Positions 1 to 14,332 of a stretch of 64,000 nt of DNA are shown one piece after another. Within the stretch, counting starts at the first letter, position 1, and each line of letters opens with the position of its first letter. Under the pieces are notes generated by a model that worked only from the letters and a program-made list of their open reading frames with translations, was not told the DNA's origin and did no database searches. Source of the DNA: an uncultured Eubacteriales bacterium (GTDB lineage Bacteria; Bacillota; Clostridia; Christensenellales; CAG-138); assembly GCA_902798825.1 (NCBI GenBank), contig CADBYI010000002.1, positions 10,545 to 74,544 of the forward strand. Direction: 5' to 3'. The position numbers and the translations under genes were made by a program.

Positions 1-1
1 C

Positions 2-1453
2 CACATCATCTCCTATGTGCGTCCGGACGGTACCTATGTGGCCCGGAAGCTGGAGATGTTCTCCGATCAGGGCGCCTATGCCTCCCACGGCCATTCCATC
101 GCCGCCAAGGGCATGGGCTGCTTCCCCCAGATGTACCCCTGCCCCAATGTGGAATGCGATGCCTACACGGTCTACACCAACAAGTCCGTGTCCGGCGCCA
201 TGCGGGGCTATGGCATTCCCCAGGCCATGTTCGCGTTCGAAAGTCACACGGACGACGTGTGCAAGGCTCTGGGGCTTGACCCGGTGGCGTTCCGCCGGGC
301 CCACATCATGCCCGTGGGCTTTAAGGACGGCTTCTCCAAGAACGAGAATTACTACGACACCTTCAACCAGTGCATGGACAAGGCCATCGCCTATATGGAC
401 TATTGGAAAAAGCGGGAGGAATTCAAAGACCAGACCGGCCCCGTTCGCAGGGGCATCGGCCTCTCCTGCTTCTGGTACAACACGGGCGTGTGGCCCATCT
501 CCCTGGAGCACTCCTCCTGCCGCATGGTCCTGAACCAGGACGGCACCATCCAGCTGCAGGTAGGCGAAACGGAGATCGGACAGGGCGCGGATACGGCCTA
601 TGCCCAGATGGCGGCGGAGGTCATCGGATTGAAGGACTATCGGGATGTGCACGTGGTCTCCAACCAGGATACGGACGTGACCCCCTTCGGCCTCGGCGCC
701 TACGCCTCCCGACAGACCTACATGTGCGGCTTCTCCATCACCCAGACGGGACAGATTTTGAGGCAAAAGATTTTGGACTATGCCCAGGAGCTGACCCGGA
801 TGCCTGTGGCTGATTTGGATATTGTGGACAGCAACATCATCCGCACCACGGACGGGCGGGTGCTGAAGTCCCTCAGCGATTTGGCTACGGAGGCCTTTTA
901 CAGCCTGACCCACAGCGTCCACATCACGGCGGAGTCCACCTATCAGATCAAGTCCAACGCCTATTCCTTCGGCTGCTGCGTGGCCGAGGTAGAGGTGGAC
1001 GTGCCCATGTGCCGATGCGAGGTCAAGCGGATCATCAACGTCCACGACTGCGGCAAACTCATCAATCCTGCCCTGGCGGAGGCTCAGGTGGAGGGCGGCA
1101 TGAGCATGGGCATCGGCTATGCCCTGTCCGAACAGCTTCTCTACGACGCCAAGACCGGCCGGGGCCTCAACAACAACCTGCTTGACTATAAGCTGTCCAC
1201 CACCCTGGATCATCCCCACCTGGAGGCCCAGTTCGTGGAGAATCCAGAGCCCACCAACCCCTTCGGCACCAAGGCCCTGGGCGAACCCCCGGCCACCCCG
1301 GTGGCGCCCGCCATCCGCAACGCCATCTTGAACGCCACCGGCGTGGCGGTGGACGATATCCCCATGAATCCGAAGGTGCTGTTCAAACGCTTCACGGAAG
1401 AAGGGCTCATCCATGACCCCTGGACTCACGAATCCTTGAGAGAGGAGAAATAA
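2..1453 (+). CDS. xdhA: Xanthine dehydrogenase-family molybdopterin-binding subunit (5'-truncated by window edge)
   Basis: Frame is open from base 2. Motifs GAMRGYGIPQ, TEIGQG, ASRQT, INPALAEAQVEGG, PFGTKALGEP. Followed by FAD and 2Fe-2S subunits. Confidence 0.9.
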   Translation, partial: HIISYVRPDGTYVARKLEMFSDQGAYASHGHSIAAKGMGCFPQMYPCPNVECDAYTVYTNKSVSGAMRGYGIPQAMFAFESHTDDVCKALGLDPVAFRRAHIMPVGFKDGFSKNENYYDTFNQCMDKAIAYMDYWKKREEFKDQTGPVRRGIGLSCFWYNTGVWPISLEHSSCRMVLNQDGTIQLQVGETEIGQGADTAYAQMAAEVIGLKDYRDVHVVSNQDTDVTPFGLGAYASRQTYMCGFSITQTGQILRQKILDYAQELTRMPVADLDIVDSNIIRTTDGRVLKSLSDLATEAFYSLTHSVHITAESTYQIKSNAYSFGCCVAEVEVDVPMCRCEVKRIINVHDCGKLINPALAEAQVEGGMSMGIGYALSEQLLYDAKTGRGLNNNLLDYKLSTTLDHPHLEAQFVENPEPTNPFGTKALGEPPATPVAPAIRNAILNATGVAVDDIPMNPKVLFKRFTEEGLIHDPWTHESLREEK

Positions 1454-1457
1454 CGCC

Positions 1458-2342
1458 ATGTACGATATGAAGGAACTGTACGAAGCCTTTTCCGTTCAGG
1501 AGGCCATCGAGCTTCGACTGGCCCACCCCCAGGCCCAGATCATCGCCGGCGGGTCCGACGTGCTGGTCCAGATGCGGGAGGGCAGGCGGGCCGGAAAGGA
1601 GCTTATTTCCATCTACCTGATCGACGAACTGCGGGGGGTGTCCCTGGATGAGGACGGCGCCATTCGCATCGGTTCGTTGACCAGCTTTTCCCACATCACG
1701 AAGGACCCCATCATCCGGAAATATATCAACGTGCTGGGCGAAGCGGTGGACCTGGTGGGCGGGCCCCAGATCCGCAACATCGGCACCATCGGCGGCAACA
1801 CCTGCAACGGCGTCACCAGCGCAGACTCCGCCTCCACCCTCCACGCCTGGGAAGCCATCGTGGAGCTGACGGGCCCGGACGGCAAGCGGCTGGTGCCCAT
1901 CAAGGAGTTCTATCTCAAGGCCAGCACCGTGGACATTCGGGAGGGCGAGATACAGACAGCCATCCTCATTCCCAAGGAGAGCTATGAGAACACCTATGGC
2001 AGCTACTATAAGTACGCCATGCGAAACGCCATGGATATCGCCACAACGGGCTGCTCCGTGAACGTGCGCCTCTCCCCCGACAAGCAGACCTTCGACCGGG
2101 TGCGCATCGCCTATGGTGTGGCCGGCCCTGTGCCCATGCGGGCGCCGTCGGCGGAGGCCCTCATCCAGGGAAAGCCTCTTACGCTGGAGCAGGCGGAAGC
2201 CTTTTCACTGGAGGTGCTCAAGGATATCAATCCTCGGGATTCCTGGCGGGCGCCTAAGGCCTTCCGCCAGCATATCGCTGTGGAAATGGCCAAGCGTTGC
2301 CTGATAGAAGCCACCAAGCGCTGTGGAGGTGAAGTGAAATGA
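1458..2342 (+). CDS. xdhB: Xanthine dehydrogenase FAD-binding subunit
   Basis: IIAGGSDV, QIRNIGTIGGN, DSWRAPKAFR motifs. RBS GAGGAG upstream. Confidence 0.9.
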   Translation: MYDMKELYEAFSVQEAIELRLAHPQAQIIAGGSDVLVQMREGRRAGKELISIYLIDELRGVSLDEDGAIRIGSLTSFSHITKDPIIRKYINVLGEAVDLVGGPQIRNIGTIGGNTCNGVTSADSASTLHAWEAIVELTGPDGKRLVPIKEFYLKASTVDIREGEIQTAILIPKESYENTYGSYYKYAMRNAMDIATTGCSVNVRLSPDKQTFDRVRIAYGVAGPVPMRAPSAEALIQGKPLTLEQAEAFSLEVLKDINPRDSWRAPKAFRQHIAVEMAKRCLIEATKRCGGEVK

Positions 2343-2830
2343 AGGATCAATATAGGCTCATCGAGTTCAATCTGAATGGCAAGGACGTGGCCTGCATGGT
2401 GGATTGCCGGGCCTCCCTCACCGATATGCTTCGCAACGACTTTCGCATGACCTCTGTGAAGAAGGGCTGCGAGGTGGGAGAATGCGGCGCCTGCAACGTG
2501 ATCATCGACGGGGAGTGCTACAACTCCTGCATCTATCTGGCCGTCTGGGCCCGGGGCAAGCATATCCGCACCCTGGAAGGACTCATGGGCCCCAACGGGG
2601 AGCTGTCCGATATCCAGCAGGCATTCATCGACGAAACAGCCGTCCAATGCGGCTTCTGCACGCCGGGCTTCATCATGTCCGCCGTGGAGATTTTGGAGAG
2701 CGGCAAGCTCTACACCCGGGACGAGCTACGCAAGCTCCTCTCCGGCCACCTGTGCCGCTGCACCGGCTATGAGAACATCCTGAACGCTGTGGAAAAGACG
2801 ATGAAGAAGCGGCTGGGCATAGCCGAATAA
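2339..2830 (+). CDS. xdhC: Xanthine dehydrogenase 2Fe-2S subunit
   Basis: KKGCEVGECGAC, QCGFCTPG, HLCRCTGY. ATGA overlap with xdhB. Confidence 0.92.
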   Translation: MKDQYRLIEFNLNGKDVACMVDCRASLTDMLRNDFRMTSVKKGCEVGECGACNVIIDGECYNSCIYLAVWARGKHIRTLEGLMGPNGELSDIQQAFIDETAVQCGFCTPGFIMSAVEILESGKLYTRDELRKLLSGHLCRCTGYENILNAVEKTMKKRLGIAE

Positions 2831-2838
2831 GACCAAGA

Positions 2839-3678
2839 TCAACCGACCTTCTGGCCTCCCTCGGGGAGGCCTTTTTCCTGCTCTGATTCCAACGCTTCCA
2901 AGCCCAGCAGCTGCCGGATGCGGGGCAACGCTTCCGTGGCCTTCTGCCGCCCGGCTTCCACGCTCTCCTCATAGCCGTTGATTTTCAACAGCCCCATGAA
3001 GGAGGCGTCGGGACGGATGATCACGTCCCCTTTGTCTGCCTGCCGCTGGGTCAGCTTGGCCTGCATGATGTCGGAGGAGCGGCGAAGGATGTCGATGGGC
3101 GAAGGGTGCTCCGGATCGAAGAAATTCTTCTTTATGCCAAGATCGGAGGTGATCACCACGTCAGCGCCGCGGGTCCGCAGCACGTCCACGGGAAGCTCCT
3201 CCAAAACGCCGCCGTCCACATAGTAGTGGCCGTCGATCACGGCCGGGGTGAACACCCCCGGCACCGCCATGCTGGCCCGGACGGCCCGATGGAGCTTGCC
3301 CTCCTCAAACACCTTCATCTCCCCGGTCACCAAGTCGGTGGCAATGCACACGAAGGGGATTTTGGTTTCACCGAAGGAAAGATCATGGGTCAGGGTCAAA
3401 ACCAACTCTTCGATTTTATCGCCGCTCAAAAAGCCGCCGTGAATGGGAATGCCCATGTCCACGATGGTCCTAGCCTCCACCGTGCCCAGATACTTTTCCA
3501 GCAGATACAGGTTGGTCCCCGCCGCGTAAACCGCACCGAAGATGGCGCCTGCGCTGCAGCCGGAGATGATATCGGGTATGATGCCGTTTTCCTCCAGCAC
3601 CTGCAGCACGCCCACATGGGCGAGGCCCCTTGCCCCGCCGGACCCCAGACACAACCCGATTTTCCTTCCGTTTATCAT
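2839..3678 (-). CDS. Patatin-like phospholipase (YlbK/RssA-like)
   Basis: GSGGARG, GCSAG nucleophile elbow, DGG motif. Divergent from ylbJ as in Bacillus. Confidence 0.88.
   Translation of the reverse strand: MINGRKIGLCLGSGGARGLAHVGVLQVLEENGIIPDIISGCSAGAIFGAVYAAGTNLYLLEKYLGTVEARTIVDMGIPIHGGFLSGDKIEELVLTLTHDLSFGETKIPFVCIATDLVTGEMKVFEEGKLHRAVRASMAVPGVFTPAVIDGHYYVDGGVLEELPVDVLRTRGADVVITSDLGIKKNFFDPEHPSPIDILRRSSDIMQAKLTQRQADKGDVIIRPDASFMGLLKINGYEESVEAGRQKATEALPRIRQLLGLEALESEQEKGLPEGGQKVG
2853..2876 (+). terminator. Intrinsic terminator of the xdh operon, embedded in the 3' end of the convergent patatin gene
   Basis: GGCCTCCC-TCG-GGGAGGCC-TTTTT. Confidence 0.7.
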
Positions 3679-3712
3679 GAATCTCTAAGCTCCTTTGCCC
3701 ATACAGTACAAT

Positions 3713-4723
3713 ATGAAACGCCTGTTGCCCTTCGTTCCGCTGCTCCTTCTGGCGGCCCTGCTGCTCTTCCCCGCGTCCGCTCTGGCGGGGGCGAAGCAGG
3801 GGCTGAACATTTGGTGGGACCGGGTCCTCCCCGCTTTGCTGCCCAGCTTTATCTGCGTCAGGCTGGCAGAGGGGATGGGGCTCTTATATGCGGCCTCCCG
3901 CCGCCCGAAAGGACAATTGATCGCCATAGCGGGGTTTTCCCTACTATCCGGGGCGCCGAATGGAGCCAAACTCCTGTATGCTATGGCGCGAAACGGCACC
4001 CTTTCCCAGCGAGAAAGCCAGCGAATGCTGCCGCTTGTCAACATCGTTAGCCCCGTGTTTCTCGTGTCCATCATAGCATCGGATCTGCTGAAAAACAAGG
4101 TACTGTTTTTCCCTATGGCCCTTGCGTTCTACGGGGTCATCCTTTTCTTTTTGACGCCGCACCTGCTGAAAAAACGCACTGGTTTTGTTTCCTGCCAAAT
4201 GAAAAAGGAAACCTTTTCAAAAGCGCTTTCCTCCGCCATAGAGAACAGCATGCTCGATATGCTGCGTATCGGCGGATGTATCCTCTTCCCCTGTACCCTG
4301 CTCTCTGTTTTTCACTCTCTTTTTTCGAACGGCGCAGTTTACACCACCCTTGCCGGGTTGACGGAGGTGAGCATGGGCGTATCGGCCCTGGCCGAAGCGG
4401 CCCTGCCCCTGCGCCTCAAGTCAAGCCTGATGACCGGCTTTGCGGCCTTCGGGGGCCTGTCATTGGCGCTGCAGACCATGTGCTGCTATCCTGATTTAGA
4501 CATTTTTGTTTATCTCATTCGGAAGCTGCTGCTGGGCGCGCTGATCGGGGCGGCCTGCTATGCTGTGTTTCCCCTTTTCCCCACCGTCTCGTCCGTGTTT
4601 GCAAGTACCCAGGAGATGATAACCCGAAGCCTATCGTTGAGCTCGTTGCTGCTTTCTTCCGCTTTGTCCGTCGCGTTCACCGGTATGATCTCTCTGATGG
4701 TCAGCCAAAGGAAAAACGGCTGA
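3713..4723 (+). CDS. ylbJ: Sporulation integral membrane protein YlbJ-like
   Basis: GAKQGLNIWWDRVLPALLP, SGAPNGAK, GLTEVSMG, FGGLSLALQ. Polytopic. ATG at 3713 preferred over TTG at 3695. Confidence 0.75.
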   Translation: MKRLLPFVPLLLLAALLLFPASALAGAKQGLNIWWDRVLPALLPSFICVRLAEGMGLLYAASRRPKGQLIAIAGFSLLSGAPNGAKLLYAMARNGTLSQRESQRMLPLVNIVSPVFLVSIIASDLLKNKVLFFPMALAFYGVILFFLTPHLLKKRTGFVSCQMKKETFSKALSSAIENSMLDMLRIGGCILFPCTLLSVFHSLFSNGAVYTTLAGLTEVSMGVSALAEAALPLRLKSSLMTGFAAFGGLSLALQTMCCYPDLDIFVYLIRKLLLGALIGAACYAVFPLFPTVSSVFASTQEMITRSLSLSSLLLSSALSVAFTGMISLMVSQRKNG

Positions 4724-4749
4724 TTCGCAAATATTCTCGCAAATGGCGG

Positions 4750-4778
4750 TTGCCTTTTTCTGCTAATACGGGTATACT
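4750..4778 (+). promoter_or_regulatory. Sigma-A promoter of guaB
   Basis: TTGCCT-17 bp-TATACT. Confidence 0.6.
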
Positions 4779-4805
4779 AAGGCAAATCATTTTGAGGAGA
4801 GCATC

Positions 4806-6311
4806 ATGGCGTATTATTTCAACGAACCGTCCCACACCTTCTCTGAATACCTGCTGGTTCCCGGCTATTCCTCCTCCGCCTGCACGCCCCAGAACGTGAC
4901 GCTGGAGACCCCGCTGTGCAAGTTTAAGGTCAACGAAAAACCCGCCCTGTCCATGAACATCCCCCTGGTCTCCGCCGTGATGCAATCCGTGTCCGGCGAG
5001 AAACTGGCGGCAGCCCTGGCTCGGGAAGGCGGCGTGTCCTTTATCTTCGTGTCCCAGAGCATCGAAAGCCAGGCCGCCATGGTCCGCGCGGTGAAGAAGT
5101 GTAAATCCGGCTTCGTCCGCAGCGACTCCAACGTGACCCCCGATTCCACGTTGGCCGACGTCATCGCGCTCAAGGAGCGCACGGGCCACTCCACCATCGC
5201 CGTCACAAGGGATGGCACCCCCGACGGAAAGCTGGAGGGCATGGTCACCAGCCGGGACTATCGGGTGAGCCGCATGGCCTTGGACACCCCCGTCAGGGAC
5301 TTCATGACTCCCTTCTCCTCCCTGGTCTATGCCTATGAGGGCGTGAGCCTAAAGGAGGCCAACGATATCATCTGGGAGAACAAGCTCAATACCCTTCCCG
5401 TCATTACTAAGGACGGCTGCATGTCCTCCTTTGTGTTCCGCAAAGATTATGACGCCCACAAGGACAACCCTCTGGAGCTGCTGGACGACCATAAGCGCTA
5501 TGTGGTGGGCGCGGGCGTCAACACCCGGGATTGTGAGCAGCGCATCCCTGCCCTCATCGAGGCCGGGGCGGATATCCTTTGCATCGACTCCTCCGAGGGC
5601 TTCACCGAGTGGCAGCAGCGGACCATCGACTTCGTTCGCAGGAACTACGGCGATTCCGTGAAGATCGGCGCCGGAAACGTGGTGGACGGGGACGGATTCA
5701 GATTCCTGGCCGAGGCTGGCGCAGACTTCGTAAAGGTTGGCATCGGCGGCGGCAGCATCTGCATCACCCGAGAGACCAAGGGCATCGGCCGGGGCCAGGC
5801 CACCGCCGTGCAGGACGTGGCGGCTGCCCGGGACGAGTACCTGAAGAAAACTGGAATCTATGTGCCGGTGTGCGCCGACGGCGGCATCGTTCAGGATTAT
5901 CACATCACCCTTGCCCTTGCCATGGGTGCCGATTTCTGTATGTTGGGTCGATACTTTGCACGGTGCGATGAGAGCCCCACCAGCAAGGTGCTTATCAACG
6001 GCAGCTACATGAAGGAATACTGGGGTGAAGGCAGCGCCAGGGCGCGGAACTGGCAGCGGTATGACAACGGCGGCGACAAGAAGCTGACCTTCGAGGAGGG
6101 CGTGGATTCCTACGTGCCCTATGCCGGCCCCCTGCACAACAATGTGGAGACCACCCTCCATAAGGTCCGATCCACCATGTGCAACTGCGGCGCCACCACC
6201 ATTGCGGAGCTGCGTGAAAAGGCTCGCCTGACCCTGGTCTCCCCCGCTTCCATGGTGGAAGGGGGCGCCCATGACGTGCTCCAGAAGGACAGCCGGTACT
6301 TCGCAAACTGA
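4806..6311 (+). CDS. guaB: IMP dehydrogenase with CBS domains
   Basis: [12 protein letters not shown] catalytic Cys loop, ADGGI, YWGEGS, EEGVDS. Confidence 0.95.
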   Translation: MAYYFNEPSHTFSEYLLVPGYSSSACTPQNVTLETPLCKFKVNEKPALSMNIPLVSAVMQSVSGEKLAAALAREGGVSFIFVSQSIESQAAMVRAVKKCKSGFVRSDSNVTPDSTLADVIALKERTGHSTIAVTRDGTPDGKLEGMVTSRDYRVSRMALDTPVRDFMTPFSSLVYAYEGVSLKEANDIIWENKLNTLPVITKDGCMSSFVFRKDYDAHKDNPLELLDDHKRYVVGAGVNTRDCEQRIPALIEAGADILCIDSSEGFTEWQQRTIDFVRRNYGDSVKIGAGNVVDGDGFRFLAEAGADFVKVGIGGGSICITRETKGIGRGQATAVQDVAAARDEYLKKTGIYVPVCADGGIVQDYHITLALAMGADFCMLGRYFARCDESPTSKVLINGSYMKEYWGEGSARARNWQRYDNGGDKKLTFEEGVDSYVPYAGPLHNNVETTLHKVRSTMCNCGATTIAELREKARLTLVSPASMVEGGAHDVLQKDSRYFAN

Positions 6312-6338
6312 CCTATAGGATATTGCCGGAAAAAAAGC

Positions 6339-6366
6339 TTGCTTTTTTCTCTCGAATGTGTATAAT
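6339..6366 (+). promoter_or_regulatory. Sigma-A promoter of tRNA-Ala
   Basis: TTGCTT-16 bp-TATAAT, 19 bp upstream of the tRNA. Confidence 0.6.
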
Positions 6367-6385
6367 ACTTATTGCGTTCATTCGA

Positions 6386-6461
6386 GGGGCATTAGCACAG
6401 TTGGTAGCGCGCAACGTTCGCAATGTTGAGGTCAGGGGTTCGAATCCCCTATGCTCCACCA
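6386..6461 (+). tRNA. tRNA-Ala (anticodon CGC)
   Basis: 76-nt cloverleaf GGGGCAT...ATGCTCCACCA with G3:U70, anticodon stem CAACG/TGTTG, loop TTCGCAA, T-loop GGTTCGAATCC, encoded CCA. Confidence 0.97.
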
Positions 6462-6498
6462 ATCAAAATGGACACCCGTTTGGGTGTCTATTTTGATT
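6461..6498 (+). terminator. Long hairpin/terminator after tRNA-Ala
   Basis: AATCAAAATGGACACCC-GTTT-GGGTGTCTATTTTGATT. Confidence 0.75.
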
Positions 6499-6509
6499 AA
6501 CAGGAATAC

Positions 6510-6614
6510 GGGGATTCGAACGGGCGTGGAAGTGAATGAACGTCCGGTGGACGTTCAGAGCCGCGGCCTGACCGAGGCCGCAGCCGAGAGCGAATCCCCC
6601 TATGCTCCAATCAA
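6510..6614. repeat. tRNA-associated structured element with inverted T-arm copy and direct copy of the tRNA 3' end
   Basis: GGGGATTCGAAC (6510-6521) is the reverse complement of the tRNA T-arm. Two internal hairpins. CGAATCCCCCTATGCTCCAATCAA (6591-6614) imperfectly repeats 6441-6466. Confidence 0.8.
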
Positions 6615-6660
6615 GACGGATATCCATTGATTGTCCATTTGAAACACATGAGGATAAACC

Positions 6661-7500
6661 ATGATGCATCCAGATAAGTGGCGGGAAACCATCGATCCCT
6701 TCTCTCTCCCCTACACGTCCTTCTATCCGAAAGAGATACTGGGTTATCCGCACGCTGGAAATGATGTGTTCCATGCTAAGGGCATCTACGACGGGAAAGA
6801 AGTTCGGGCCTACATCAAGGCTGCCAGGCAGAAAGGCGCGGCGATTGAAAACGAAGTATCCATCCTGTCGCAGCTCCATTCGTCCGTCTATCCCACTGTT
6901 ATCGATTATGGATTTGACAGAACGCCCTTTTCCGTGACGATGGAGCTGCCGGGGGAGCGCCTGTCGGTTATTGTTGGCGAAAACGAATCGATGGAATCAC
7001 TCGCCTATATGGAGGAATACGGCTCAACACTGTCATCAGTCCATCAGCTTGCCCTTTCTGCCAAGCCTGTCACAGACAGGAGATTTTTCCATGCGCCATC
7101 GGATGAACTTCTAAAAAGCTTGAGATTGGAGGAATTCAGTGGCTTTTTTGCCAGTCCACCCAAAGATTCTGTCCCCTGCTTTTGCCACGGGGACTTCCAC
7201 TACGCAAACATCCTGTGGAATAAGCATCACATCAGCGGCATCCTGGATTTTGAACTGTCCGGCATCGGAAACCGAGATTATGATATAGCTTGGGCGATGT
7301 TCCGGCGACCAGGGCAGAAATTCATGAAAACGGAAGCGGAACAGGAGGCTTTCCTGCGAGGCTATCAGCAGATCGCTCCCTGTGACAGGACGGCTGTCAA
7401 ATACTATATGGCTCAATGCTATGTGTACTTTCTGCAATTCAGTGGAGACGATGTAGAATATTGTGAGTACATTCGTAACTGGCTAAAAGAACTATTATAG
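6661..7500 (+). CDS. Aminoglycoside phosphotransferase/choline kinase (APH)-family protein
   Basis: Brenner motif CHGDFHYANIL, ILDFE, RDYDIA. Visibly lower GC than neighbours. Confidence 0.85.
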   Translation: MMHPDKWRETIDPFSLPYTSFYPKEILGYPHAGNDVFHAKGIYDGKEVRAYIKAARQKGAAIENEVSILSQLHSSVYPTVIDYGFDRTPFSVTMELPGERLSVIVGENESMESLAYMEEYGSTLSSVHQLALSAKPVTDRRFFHAPSDELLKSLRLEEFSGFFASPPKDSVPCFCHGDFHYANILWNKHHISGILDFELSGIGNRDYDIAWAMFRRPGQKFMKTEAEQEAFLRGYQQIAPCDRTAVKYYMAQCYVYFLQFSGDDVEYCEYIRNWLKELL

Positions 7501-7624
7501 AAGCAGCTTATCCTTTCTAGTCAGACGTAACAGACTCATAACTTACATACCGATAGCTTTTCTCTGGCAGTATACTCTTTTTGAAAACTGCTCGTAATTT
7601 CGATATATTTTTGCCTTTTAGGCC

Positions 7625-7663
7625 TTTGACTCTATTGTCAAACGGTCTTTTTTTTGATATAGT
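7625..7663 (+). promoter_or_regulatory. Promoter of the DUF4364-pcrA-ligA operon with overlapping palindrome
   Basis: TTGTCA-17 bp-TATAGT with extended TG. TTTGAC-N6-GTCAAA at 7625-7642. Confidence 0.55.
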
Positions 7664-7689
7664 ATGATGGCATAGGGGGATATGTAGGT

Positions 7690-8220
7690 ATGCCTAATTT
7701 TCTGGATGGACTTCCCAAGGAAAAAGTTCAGCTTTTATATATCCTGAGCGCTGCCAAGGCAGAGCTGACGGAGCAGCAGTTCTATCAATGTGCCTTCGAA
7801 TGCACGGGTATGAACTGGTTCTCCTTTCACGACGTGGTGGGCGATCTGGAGAGCAACGGAGATATCGTCTATGAGCGCCGCCCCTTCGGCGCCTGCGCCT
7901 ATTTGACGGATCAGGGAAAGATGACCCTGGGCATGTTCGAACGGGGTCTCACCTACTCCCTGCGGGAAAGGATCGACGAGTATCTAAAGGGCATAGCACC
8001 CCAGTTCCGGCAGGAGCGGGAGCTGGTCTCCTCCGATGAACCCCTTCCCGACGGCGGCATGCTGGTGCGGCTTAAGGCGCTGGAGGGGGAACGGGTGCTG
8101 CTGGAGATCGATATGTCCGTGGCCTCCCTGGAGGAATCGCTGACCATTCGCAAGAACTGGCAGAAGCAAAGCACCCATTTGTACGATACCATCTATGATA
8201 CGCTGACCGAGAAAGAGTAA
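7690..8220 (+). CDS. DUF4364-family protein (winged-helix N-terminus)
   Basis: LLYIL, MNWF, YLTDQGKMTL, NWQKQSTHLYDTI resemble this clostridial family. Confidence 0.7.
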   Translation: MPNFLDGLPKEKVQLLYILSAAKAELTEQQFYQCAFECTGMNWFSFHDVVGDLESNGDIVYERRPFGACAYLTDQGKMTLGMFERGLTYSLRERIDEYLKGIAPQFRQERELVSSDEPLPDGGMLVRLKALEGERVLLEIDMSVASLEESLTIRKNWQKQSTHLYDTIYDTLTEKE

Positions 8221-8228
8221 TAAGCCGT

Positions 8229-13385
<5,157 letters not shown>

Positions 13386-13388
13386 GAC

Positions 13389-13418
13389 TTGCGTTCACCA
13401 GACCCCCTATGCTATAAT
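13389..13418 (+). promoter_or_regulatory. Sigma-A promoter of yloC-gmk-rpoZ
   Basis: TTGCGT-18 bp-TATAAT with extended TG. Confidence 0.6.
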
Positions 13419-13441
13419 ACGATGATTTTGGGAGGTAGCCT

Positions 13442-14317
13442 ATGTACAGCATGACCGGATACGGACGGGGCACGGCATCCTTGGATGGCCGCGAACTCAC
13501 CATCGAGTTGAAAAGCGTCAACAACCGGTTCTTGGACATCGGCATGAAGCTCCCCCGCCAGCTGTCCTTTTTGGAGGATACCCTGCGCAAGCTACTAAAC
13601 GACGGGTTGAACCGGGGCCATGTGGACGTATTTGTCAACTATAGGAACCTTCGCAGCGACGCTAAGACGGTTCGAGTGGACGAAGCGCTGCTGAAAGCAT
13701 ATTTGACCTCCGCCCGGGAGAGCGCCAAAGCCTTGGACCTGGTGGACGATCTGACCCTGTCTCGGGCGTTGACCCTGCCGGACGTGACCACCATCCTGCC
13801 CGCCGATGAGGATCAGCAGGCCCTTCTGGAGCTGGGCCGATCGGTCATGACGGAGGCCATCACCAACCTGAAGGATATGCGGCGCAAGGAAGGCGAACGG
13901 CTGAAGCTGGACCTTTCTGCCCGCATGGACACCATGACCGGCTACGCCCAATCCATCGAGCGCCGGGCCCCGGCTGTGGTGGAGGAATACAGAGCCAAAC
14001 TTACCGCCCGCATCGAGGAGCTGTTGGGCGAGACGGAAGTCGATCGGGCCCGCCTTGCCACGGAGGTAGCCATCTTCGCGGATCGGGCGGCCATCGACGA
14101 GGAGATCGTCCGTTTGAACACCCATCTGATTCACTTTAGAGAGCTGTTGGAGGCTGACGAGCCTGTGGGACGGAAGATGGATTTCCTGGTTCAGGAGATG
14201 AATCGGGAATGCAACACCATCGGCTCCAAAGCCAACGACGCGGAGCTGACCAGTATCGTCCTGCTCTGCAAGGCGGAGATCGAAAAGCTGCGGGAGCAGA
14301 TACAGAATATCGAATAA
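13442..14317 (+). CDS. yloC: YicC/YloC endoribonuclease
   Basis: SMTGYG, KSVNNRFLD, GRKMDFLVQEMNRECNTIGSK, REQIQNIE. Confidence 0.93.
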   Translation: MYSMTGYGRGTASLDGRELTIELKSVNNRFLDIGMKLPRQLSFLEDTLRKLLNDGLNRGHVDVFVNYRNLRSDAKTVRVDEALLKAYLTSARESAKALDLVDDLTLSRALTLPDVTTILPADEDQQALLELGRSVMTEAITNLKDMRRKEGERLKLDLSARMDTMTGYAQSIERRAPAVVEEYRAKLTARIEELLGETEVDRARLATEVAIFADRAAIDEEIVRLNTHLIHFRELLEADEPVGRKMDFLVQEMNRECNTIGSKANDAELTSIVLLCKAEIEKLREQIQNIE

Positions 14318-14332
14318 GCGAGGGGGTAGCGC

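Noticed and set aside
2-1453. Possible selenocysteine read-through in xdhA
   Set aside because: No in-frame TGA in the visible part. Any selenium dependence cannot be seen from this sequence.
6441-7620. Prophage or integrative element at tRNA-Ala
   Set aside because: No integrase or phage genes. The repeats are only about 150 bp apart and I saw no third att copy downstream of the kinase gene.
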